32,000 bases of DNA from positions 3,210,001-3,242,000 of the forward strand of contig NC_014034.1 of assembly GCF_000021865.1 (NCBI RefSeq), read 5' to 3'. Both the position numbers and the translations under genes were made by a program. This document shows positions 24,988 to 32,000 of this stretch, piece after piece. Under the pieces are notes generated by a model. It saw only the letters and a program-made list of their open reading frames with translations. It searched no databases and was not told the DNA's origin. The DNA comes from Rhodobacter capsulatus SB 1003 (GTDB lineage: Bacteria > Pseudomonadota > Alphaproteobacteria > Rhodobacterales > Rhodobacteraceae). The stretch's first letter is position 1, and every line of letters starts with the position of its first letter.

Positions 24988-26352
24988 ATGCCCGCCGAAG
25001 ACCCTGTCACCGCCGATCTGATCCGCCGTCTGGACGCAACAGAGGCGCCCCTGCCGCTTGTGCAGGCGCTGGCGCAGGATTTCGCCTCCGGGCGCTTTCC
25101 CGACCCGGAACTGGCGCTGAACGGGCTGCGCGCGGCCTTGGCGGCGGCGGCGGAAACCGCGGCGCTGGCGGGTGAAAACGAGACCCTGAAACAGGTGGCG
25201 GCCCTGAACGCCGCGGGCGACCGCGCCGGGGCCGCCGTGCTTCTGGACGGCGCGACCGAGGAGCCCCTGCTCTCGGCCGCCTTCCGCCAGGACCGGATCT
25301 GCAACGCCCCCGAACGGGCGGCGGCGCGGCAGATCGAACGGCTCAAGGCCGCCGCCCCCGCGGGGGGCGTGTTCCGGGCCTCGGTCGATCTGCTTTATGA
25401 AAAGCTGGAGGCCGGGGAAAAGGCGGGCGATCCCTTTGACATGCTTGTGGCGCTGGAACTGGCCAAGGCGCTTTACAAGCGCGCCAAGGGCGGCGAGCTG
25501 GGGCAAGCGCAAACAAGCCTTGGCAATTGCCATCAGATCATCGGCCAGTTCCGCCCCGGTCGCAAGCATCTGGACCTTGCGGCCGAGCTGTTCGCCGCCG
25601 CCGCCAAGGCCGTGGCCCGCACGAAACAGCCGGAAAACTGGGCCTTTTCGCAGCACAATCTGGGCGGCATCCAGGAGCTGATCGGCCTGCGCCACCGCGA
25701 CGGTGCGATGCTGAAAAAGGCGATCAAGGCCTATTCGGCGGTGCTGGAGGTGTTCAATGCGCAAGGCTCGCCGCTGGAATGGGCCAACAGCACGGCGGCG
25801 CGGGCGAATGTTCGCGCGGCTCTGGGCCGGATGACGGCCGAGGCCGCGCTGATCGAAACCGCGCTGGCCGACTTGGACGCCGTGCTCGAGCTGCTGAAAC
25901 AGGACGAGCACCCGGCCGAATGGGCCTCGGCGCGGGCGACGCGGGCACTGGCCCGGCGGCATCTGGCCGAGGTGACGGGCGATGCGACGCCGCTGGCGAC
26001 CGCGATCGCGGAATTCGAACAGGCCGATGCGGTTCTGGCCGGGCTCGACGCGCGCGCCGAGCGGGCACGGCTGCAGCACAATCTGGGCCTGACGGCGCTG
26101 GCTTTGCCCGGGGGCGCGGGGCTTGACCGGGCCGAGCAAGCCTTTGCGGCGGCGCTGGCCCTGGGCCGTCGCGATCACGCCGATTACCGCTGGGCGGAAA
26201 GCCTGACCGGGCTGGGCGAGGTGGCGCTTTTGCGCGGCGACACCGCCGCGGCCAGGGCGCATCTGACCGAGGCCAAAGCGGTTCTGGCGCTTGATCCGGC
26301 CAGCGCCGCGCTGGAACATTGCGCGGCGCTGCTGGAACAGATCGCGACCTGA
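24988..26352 (+). CDS. Tetratricopeptide-like repeat protein, function unknown
   Basis: All-helical Ala/Leu-rich protein with recurring W-A/E...NLG/AL repeat units (ENWAFSQHNLGG, LEWANSTAARANV, AEWASARATRALA, RLQHNLGL, YRWAESLTGLGEV). The start at 24988 was chosen because the upstream extension is Arg/Pro-rich. Confidence 0.5.
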   Translation: MPAEDPVTADLIRRLDATEAPLPLVQALAQDFASGRFPDPELALNGLRAALAAAAETAALAGENETLKQVAALNAAGDRAGAAVLLDGATEEPLLSAAFRQDRICNAPERAAARQIERLKAAAPAGGVFRASVDLLYEKLEAGEKAGDPFDMLVALELAKALYKRAKGGELGQAQTSLGNCHQIIGQFRPGRKHLDLAAELFAAAAKAVARTKQPENWAFSQHNLGGIQELIGLRHRDGAMLKKAIKAYSAVLEVFNAQGSPLEWANSTAARANVRAALGRMTAEAALIETALADLDAVLELLKQDEHPAEWASARATRALARRHLAEVTGDATPLATAIAEFEQADAVLAGLDARAERARLQHNLGLTALALPGGAGLDRAEQAFAAALALGRRDHADYRWAESLTGLGEVALLRGDTAAARAHLTEAKAVLALDPASAALEHCAALLEQIAT

Positions 26353-26354
26353 GA

Positions 26355-27452
26355 TCAGGCGTTGAACAGGAAGTGCAGCACGTCGCCGTCCTGCACTTCG
26401 TAAGTCTTGCCCTCGACGCGGAACTTGCCCGCCTCTTTCGCGCCGCTTTCGCCGCGGTATTGCACGTAGTCGTCATAGGCGACGGTTTCGGCGCGGATGA
26501 AGCCGCGCTCAAAGTCGCCATGGATCACGCCCGCGGCGGCAGGCGCCAAGGTGCCCTTGCGGATCGTCCAGGCGCGCGCCTCTTTAGGGCCGACGGTGAA
26601 ATAGGTCTGCAGGCCCAGAAGGTCGTGACCGGCGCGGATCAGCCGATCCAGGCCCGCTTCGTGCAGGCCGAGTTCTTCCAGAAACATCGAGGCTTCATCG
26701 GCGGCAAGCTGGCTGATCTCTTCCTCGATCTTCGCCGAAATCACCACCGTCGCCGCGCCGCTTGCCCGCGCCATTTCGGCCACGCGCGCGGATTGCGCAT
26801 TGCCCTTGGCGGCATTTTCTTCCTCGACGTTGCAGACGTACAGCACCGGTTTCGCGGTCAGCAGCTGCAGCATCCCCCAGGCCTTGCGGTCATCCTCCGC
26901 GACCTTCACCGTGCGCGCCGGACGGCCCGCCTCCAAAGCCTCTTTCGCGGCGAGCATCAGGCGGGCGTCTTCCTTGGCCTGCTTGTCGCCCGCATTGATC
27001 TTGCGCGCGATGTTGTTCAGCCGCTTTTCCAGACTTTCCAGATCGGCAATCATCAACTCGGTCTCGATCGTCTCGGCATCGGCCAAGGGATCGACGCGGC
27101 CCTCGACATGGGTCACGTCGCCGTCTTCGAAACAGCGCAGCACATGGGCGATGGCGTCGGTCTCGCGGATGTTGGCCAGAAACTGGTTCCCCAGCCCCTC
27201 GCCCTTCGAGGCGCCCTTCACCAGACCCGCGATATCGACAAAGGTCATCCGCGTCGGGATGATCTGCTTCGAGCCCGCAATCTCGGCCAGGGTGTCAAGG
27301 CGCGGATCGGGCACGGCCACCTCGCCGACATTCGGCTCGATCGTGCAAAAGGGGAAGTTCGCCGCCTGCGCCGCGGCGGTTTTCGTCAGCGCGTTGAACA
27401 GCGTCGATTTGCCGACGTTCGGCAAGCCCACGATCCCCATGCGAAAGCCCAT
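26355..27452 (-). CDS. ychF: Redox-regulated ribosome-binding ATPase YchF
   Basis: MGFRMGIVGLPNVGKSTLFNALT (P-loop), 365 aa, C-terminal DGDVLHFLFNA. Confidence 0.95.
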   Translation of the reverse strand: MGFRMGIVGLPNVGKSTLFNALTKTAAAQAANFPFCTIEPNVGEVAVPDPRLDTLAEIAGSKQIIPTRMTFVDIAGLVKGASKGEGLGNQFLANIRETDAIAHVLRCFEDGDVTHVEGRVDPLADAETIETELMIADLESLEKRLNNIARKINAGDKQAKEDARLMLAAKEALEAGRPARTVKVAEDDRKAWGMLQLLTAKPVLYVCNVEEENAAKGNAQSARVAEMARASGAATVVISAKIEEEISQLAADEASMFLEELGLHEAGLDRLIRAGHDLLGLQTYFTVGPKEARAWTIRKGTLAPAAAGVIHGDFERGFIRAETVAYDDYVQYRGESGAKEAGKFRVEGKTYEVQDGDVLHFLFNA

Positions 27453-27601
27453 GTCACTCTCCTTGATGATTGCGCGCCTCTTACGCGGCCCGCGCTTTGC
27501 GCGCAAGCTTGCAGGGGCCGCAAAGCAAGCCGCGGCCCTTTCGCCATTGATTTTCCGCGCCGCTTCCCGCAAACCCGCACGGACATTCGAAGGGGACCGC
27601 C

Positions 27602-28393
27602 ATGACTCGCATCGACGCCAAATTCGCCGCCCTGAAGGCCGGGGGCAAGAAAGCCTTCGTCGCCTATATCATGGCGGGGGACCCGGATCTGGCGACCTCG
27701 GCCGAGATCCTGAAGGGACTGCCCGCGGCGGGGGTGGACATCATCGAGCTCGGCCTGCCCTTCACCGATCCGATGGCCGATGGCACGACGATCCAGCTCG
27801 CGGGGCAGCGCGCGCTGGAAGGCGGGCAGACGCTGCAGCGGACGCTCGACATGGTGGCGGCGTTCCGCAAGACCGATGACACGACGCCGATCGTGCTGAT
27901 GGGCTATTACAACCCGATCTACAATCGCGGCGTTCCGAAGTTTCTGAAAGACGCGAAAGAGGCGGGGATCGACGGGCTGATCGTCGTCGACCTGCCGCCC
28001 GAAGAGGATTCTGAACTGTGCATCCCGGCGGCCGAGGCCGGAATCAACTTCATCCGTCTGGCGACGCCGACGACCGATGACAAGCGCCTGCCGAAGGTGC
28101 TGCAGAACACCAGCGGCTTTGTCTATTACGTCTCGGTGACCGGCATCACCGGCTCGCAGGCGGCGCAGGTGAGCGATGTCGCGCCGGAAGTGGCGCGGAT
28201 CAAGGCGGCGACCGAGCTGCCGCTGATCGTCGGCTTCGGCATCTCGACCCCCGAGGCGGCGCGGACGATCGCCGCCGTGGCCGATGGCTGCGTCGTGGGA
28301 TCGGCGATCGTCAAGGAGATCGGCGCGGGCAAAAGCCCGGCCGAGGTTCTGGCCACCGTCGCGGCGCTGGCCGCGGGCGCGCATTCGGCCTGA
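27602..28393 (+). CDS. trpA: Tryptophan synthase alpha chain
   Basis: TrpA signature region [11 protein letters not shown]...[17 protein letters not shown]. No trpB is adjacent. Confidence 0.95.
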   Translation: MTRIDAKFAALKAGGKKAFVAYIMAGDPDLATSAEILKGLPAAGVDIIELGLPFTDPMADGTTIQLAGQRALEGGQTLQRTLDMVAAFRKTDDTTPIVLMGYYNPIYNRGVPKFLKDAKEAGIDGLIVVDLPPEEDSELCIPAAEAGINFIRLATPTTDDKRLPKVLQNTSGFVYYVSVTGITGSQAAQVSDVAPEVARIKAATELPLIVGFGISTPEAARTIAAVADGCVVGSAIVKEIGAGKSPAEVLATVAALAAGAHSA

Positions 28394-28449
28394 GCGCCCC
28401 TTCTGCAAGGGCGCAGGGGGCGCTGCCCCCCGTCCTGCGGACTCCCCCC

Positions 28450-28478
28450 GGGATATTTGCACCAAGGTGAAAGCGGCC
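28450..28478 (+). repeat. Solo half-copy of the GGGATATTT...AAG(A/G)T(A/G)AA intergenic repeat
   Basis: gggatatttgcaccaaggtgaaagcggcc resembles gggatatttatggcaagataaatcggcc at 31828-31855. It is followed by the palindrome aaagcggccgcttt (28468-28481). Confidence 0.4.
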
Positions 28479-28568
28479 GCTTTTCGCTGGGGGCTTTCGT
28501 TTGACCAGTCGCTTGCAATCCTCCCGAATATTGGTAAGTTCACTTGACCACTTGGGAGGGAGGGCTCC

Positions 28569-29732
28569 GTGACCGTCATCACCTGCATCGACGATCTGAA
28601 GACGCTGCACCGCAAACGCACGCCGAAGATGTTCTACGATTATTGCGAAAGCGGCTCTTATACCGAGCAGACCTTCCGCGAGAACACGACGGATTTCGCG
28701 CAGATCCGGCTGCGGCAGAAGGTGGCGGTGGACATGTCCGGCCGTTCGGTCGCGACCACGATGGCGGGGCAGAAGGTCGCGATGCCGGTGGCTTTGGCGC
28801 CGGTCGGGCTGTTGGGGATGCAGCGGGCGGATGGCGAGATCAAGGCGGCGCGGGCGGCGGCGAAATTCGGCGTGCCCTTCACCCTCTCCACCATGTCGAT
28901 CTGTTCGATCGAGGATGTGGCGGCGCAGTCCCCCGATCCGTTCTGGTTCCAGCTTTACGTGATGCGCGACGAGGACTTCGTCGATGCAATCATCGAGCGG
29001 GCGAAGAAGGCGCGCTGTTCGGCGCTGGTTCTGACGCTGGATCTGCAAATTCTGGGCCAGCGCCACAAGGATCTGAAGAACGGCCTGACCGCACCGCCGA
29101 AGCTGACGCCGGCGAACCTGCTCGACATGGCGACGAAGCTGACCTGGGGCCGCGAGATGCTGGCGACGCCGCGCCGCTTCTTTGGCAATATCGTCGGCCA
29201 TGCCAAGGGGGTGGGCGATGCGGCCTCCTTGATGAGCTGGACCTCGGAGCAGTTCGACCCCTGTCTGGATTGGAAAAAGATCGCCCGCATCCGCGACCAA
29301 TGGGGCGGCAAATTCATCCTGAAGGGGATTCTGGATGCCGAGGACGCCCGCGCCGCCGCCGATTTCGGCGCCGATGCGATCATCGTCTCGAACCATGGCG
29401 GGCGGCAGCTGGATGGCGCGCTGAGTTCCATCCGCATGCTGCCCGAGATTGTCGCGGCGGTGGGCGACAAGACCGAGGTCTGGCTCGACAGCGGCATCCG
29501 TTCGGGTCAGGACATCCTGAAGGCGCTGGCGCTGGGGGCCAAGGGCACGATGATCGGCCGCGCCTATGTGCATGGCCTTGGCGCGATGGGCGAAGCGGGG
29601 GTGACCCGGGCGCTCGAAGTGATGCGCAAGGAGCTGGACATCTCGATGGCGCTGTGTGGCGAGAAGCGGGTGCAGGATCTCGGCCGCGACAACCTGCTGG
29701 TGCCCGAGGGCTTCTTCACCACTTACCGCTGA
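28569..29732 (+). CDS. lldD: FMN-dependent alpha-hydroxy-acid dehydrogenase (L-lactate dehydrogenase, cytochrome type)
   Basis: N-terminus [29 protein letters not shown] and [10 protein letters not shown] are typical of the family. GTG start preceded by GGGAGGGAGGG. Confidence 0.85.
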   Translation: MTVITCIDDLKTLHRKRTPKMFYDYCESGSYTEQTFRENTTDFAQIRLRQKVAVDMSGRSVATTMAGQKVAMPVALAPVGLLGMQRADGEIKAARAAAKFGVPFTLSTMSICSIEDVAAQSPDPFWFQLYVMRDEDFVDAIIERAKKARCSALVLTLDLQILGQRHKDLKNGLTAPPKLTPANLLDMATKLTWGREMLATPRRFFGNIVGHAKGVGDAASLMSWTSEQFDPCLDWKKIARIRDQWGGKFILKGILDAEDARAAADFGADAIIVSNHGGRQLDGALSSIRMLPEIVAAVGDKTEVWLDSGIRSGQDILKALALGAKGTMIGRAYVHGLGAMGEAGVTRALEVMRKELDISMALCGEKRVQDLGRDNLLVPEGFFTTYR

Positions 29733-29768
29733 GCAGGCGGGCCCGGGACACCCCGGGCCGTCATCCCC

Positions 29769-30920
29769 TCAGGCGCGCCTGATCCGCTTCAGCGCCCAGA
29801 GGCCGGGCAGGATCGAGGCCATCACCAGCGCCACAGCGACAAAGGCCGCGCGCAGACCGAAGGCCTGCGCCAGCGCCCCCATCACCACCGGGCCGACAAA
29901 GAAGCCGGTGAAGCCGATCATCCAGGACCGCGAAATCGCCAGCGCCCGTTCCGAGGCCGCAACCCTCTGCCCCAAAAGCGAATTGGCCGAGGGCACGACG
30001 ACCGCAACGCCCATGCCGATCAGGCCGATGCCGACCACCGCGACCGCCTGCACCGGGGCCACCGCGGTCACCAGCGCGCCCAGGCAGCCCAGAACGGCGG
30101 ACAGGGCCACCAGACGCGCCTCGCCCAGACGGGCGGCCAGCAGCTGCCCGCCGAACCGCCCCGCCGCCATCGTCAGACCGAGCATCGCCGGGCCAAAGGC
30201 GCCCTCGCCCGGGGCCCCGCCCAGATTGCGCTCGATATGCAGCGCCGACCAGGTCTCGGTGGCATTTTCCGCAACGAAAGCGGCGAACAGGATCGCCGCC
30301 GCCGCCAGAGCCGCCGCCCAGGGCGTGCGCGCCGCCGCTTTCGCCTCGGTCTCCTCGGCGCTGGCGCCCGCCCGCCGCGCCTCGATCATCGCCGCGGCCA
30401 TGGCGACAAGGACAAGCGCCAGCACCGGCTGCACCATCTCGGGGGCAAGGCCCGCCCGCCGCGCCATCCCGGCCAGAAGCGCCGAGACGGCAAAGCCCGC
30501 CGAAAACAGCGCATGGTTCCAGTTCATCAAGGGCAGGCCGGTGTCATGCTCCAGCTCGGAGATCCGCACATTCGCCGCCAGATCGAGGCTCGACATCGCC
30601 ACGCCCATGACGACCAGCGCCAGCGCCAGCGTCGGGCCCGAGTGGATGAGCAGCGGCATCAGCGCCGCAACGGCCAGAAACGCCCCGGTCAGGGGCAGCA
30701 CCCGGACCCCAAGCCAGCGCCCGACCTGCGGCGCCAAGGCCATCGCCGCCATCCCCCCCACCGCCGACCCCAGCAGGAGCACGCCGAAAAGCCCATCCTC
30801 GACCCCGGCGCGTGTCTTGAATTCCGGCATCTGCGCCGCGAAGGCGCCCCAGAACACCCCCAGCGCGCAAAGCCCGATCCCCGTCGCCCGGCTGACCCGC
30901 GCCACCCTCAGCAATGCCAT
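29769..30920 (-). CDS. MFS transporter, substrate unknown
   Basis: Twelve-helix hydrophobic profile. The ATG at 30920 has GAGGGGG upstream. The upstream 54 codons in the track ORF are non-membrane and Arg/Pro-rich. Confidence 0.75.
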   Translation of the reverse strand: MALLRVARVSRATGIGLCALGVFWGAFAAQMPEFKTRAGVEDGLFGVLLLGSAVGGMAAMALAPQVGRWLGVRVLPLTGAFLAVAALMPLLIHSGPTLALALVVMGVAMSSLDLAANVRISELEHDTGLPLMNWNHALFSAGFAVSALLAGMARRAGLAPEMVQPVLALVLVAMAAAMIEARRAGASAEETEAKAAARTPWAAALAAAAILFAAFVAENATETWSALHIERNLGGAPGEGAFGPAMLGLTMAAGRFGGQLLAARLGEARLVALSAVLGCLGALVTAVAPVQAVAVVGIGLIGMGVAVVVPSANSLLGQRVAASERALAISRSWMIGFTGFFVGPVVMGALAQAFGLRAAFVAVALVMASILPGLWALKRIRRA

Positions 30921-31161
30921 TTCCGCCCCCTCAAACCGCTTTGAAACCGGGTACCACAGCCTGCCGCCCGCGCCCACTCCCCCGGGGGCCAGGATCGGCA
31001 CGGTTTCGCCGGGGCTGTTACCAAAGCGTGATGAAACCCCTGCAAAACAAGGCGCGAATCTGGGCGCGAATCTTCTGGACAAGCGGGGGCTTCCTCTCTA
31101 TCTCCCCCCGTTCATGGGCCCCACCCTTGGAGGGGGCCTCAATTTGCATTGGAGATACCAA

Positions 31162-31761
31162 ATGGCGAAAGAGATCGAAACTCTCGTAGCCGAGGTGCGC
31201 ACGGGGACGGGCAAGGGGGCCGCTCGCGCAGCACGTCGTGAGGGCAAAGTTCCCGGGATCGTTTATGGCGACGGCAAAGAGCCGCTGGCCATCAACCTCG
31301 ACTACAACAAGCTGCTGACCCGCCTGCGCAAGGGCCGGTTCCTGTCGACGCTGTTCAACCTGCACATCGAAGGTCAGGACGACGTCCGCGTGATCTGCCG
31401 CGGCGTGCAGAAAGACGTGGTGAAGGATCTTCCGACCCACATCGACTTCATGCGCACCCACCGCGCCTCGCGCATCAACCTGTTCATCCACGTGAACTTC
31501 GACAACGCCGAAGCCAGCCCTGGCCTGAAGCGTGGCGGCACCCTGACCATCGTGCGTCCGGAAGTCGAACTCGAAGTGCTCGCCGGGGACATTCCGGATC
31601 ACATCACCGTCGACCTGACCGGCCGCAACATCGGTGACGTCATCCACATCAACGACATCCCGCTGCCGGAAGGCTGCAAGCCCACGATCGACCGCAACTT
31701 CGTCGTTGCCAATATCGCGGCGCCCTCGGGTCTCGTCTCGGCCGATCACGCCGAAGAGTGA
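31162..31761 (+). CDS. rplY: 50S ribosomal protein L25 / general stress protein Ctc
   Basis: [36 protein letters not shown]... is the classical L25/Ctc N-terminus. GGAGA RBS. The track ORF 29656-31761 is a shadow-frame extension. Confidence 0.95.
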   Translation: MAKEIETLVAEVRTGTGKGAARAARREGKVPGIVYGDGKEPLAINLDYNKLLTRLRKGRFLSTLFNLHIEGQDDVRVICRGVQKDVVKDLPTHIDFMRTHRASRINLFIHVNFDNAEASPGLKRGGTLTIVRPEVELEVLAGDIPDHITVDLTGRNIGDVIHINDIPLPEGCKPTIDRNFVVANIAAPSGLVSADHAEE

Positions 31762-31782
31762 TCCTTTCCGCAAGGAAACGGG

Positions 31783-31809
31783 AAACGCCGGGCCCAGTGC
31801 CCGGCGTTT
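31783..31809 (+). terminator. Hairpin terminator after rplY
   Basis: aaacgccgggc-ccagt-gcccggcgttt forms an 11-bp stem with a 5-nt loop. The trailing T tract is short (TTT). Confidence 0.6.
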
Positions 31810-31827
31810 CACATTCCGCCTCCGGCG

Positions 31828-31881
31828 GGGATATTTATGGCAAGATAAATCGGCCCCCCTTTATCTTGCCATAAATATCCC
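31828..31881. repeat. 22-bp-arm perfect inverted repeat (AT-rich core) in the rplY-pth spacer
   Basis: gggatatttatggcaagataaa (31828-31849) pairs with tttatcttgccataaatatccc (31860-31881) across a 10-nt loop. It is flanked by small GC hairpins ccgcc-tcc-ggcgg (31816-31828) and gcggggg-ctgg-cccccgc (31888-31905). Confidence 0.8.
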
Positions 31882-31942
31882 GGGGGTGCGGGGGCTGGCC
31901 CCCGCCCCTGTCGGGCTTGAGACAGACCACGGGAGAGTCGCG

Positions 31943-32000
31943 ATGCAGCTTTGGGTCGGCCTTGGCAATCCGGGGACGAAATATGCCGCCAACCGGCACA
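31943..32000 (+). CDS. pth: Peptidyl-tRNA hydrolase, 5' fragment (runs off window)
   Basis: MQLWVGLGNPGTKYAANRH is the conserved Pth N-terminus, in the conserved rplY-pth order. Confidence 0.8.
   Translation, partial: MQLWVGLGNPGTKYAANRH

Noticed and set aside
28393-28429. GC hairpins right after trpA (gcgccc..gggcgc; gggggc-gct-gccccc) considered as an intrinsic terminator
   Set aside because: The stems are short (6 bp) with no downstream T tract. This is too weak to call as a terminator feature.
22779-29573. Long antisense ORFs 22779-24728, 24901-26319, 26319-27605, 27386-28621 and 28311-29573
   Set aside because: Each lies opposite a well-supported gene (Slam-like, TPR, ychF, trpA, lldD) and has typical GC3-shadow composition rich in R/G/P/A.

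Overview
High-GC alphaproteobacterial chromosome segment. Gene content and protein sequences look like Rhodobacter capsulatus or a very close relative, which I cannot confirm without a search. Recognisable core loci are the TRAP C4-dicarboxylate system dctPQM with its divergent two-component regulators dctSR, the NAD-dependent formate dehydrogenase operon fdsGBACD next to moaDE, and thyX, gloA, ychF, an orphan trpA, lldD, rplY and the start of pth. I saw no tRNA, rRNA or CRISPR array.

Non-core items, in window order:
1. A degraded E. coli-type IS186 copy (1361-2637) lies between dctM and a phosphatase/kinase-like fusion gene. It is bracketed by a ~70-bp imperfect direct repeat and may be a cloning-host or assembly artifact.
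2. An alphaproteobacterial SOS box (GAAC-N7-GAAC) sits directly on the start of a radical-SAM + DUF4130 putative DNA-repair cassette.
3. A PspA/IM30-YiaA-DUF4105 membrane-stress-like operon is divergent from a TetR gene, with three TGAAC-N3-GTTCA palindromes in between.
4. A visibly AT-rich single-gene islet encoding a DUF3800-like protein is inserted right after thyX. This is my best candidate for an uncharacterised accessory or defence function.
5. A TbpB/fHbp-like lipoprotein is paired with a Slam/DUF560 outer-membrane protein, which looks like a type XI secretion cargo-translocon pair.
6. A GGGATATTT...AAGATAAA palindromic repeat family occurs in intergenic DNA.

Many long ORFs in the six-frame track are high-GC shadow frames and were rejected.
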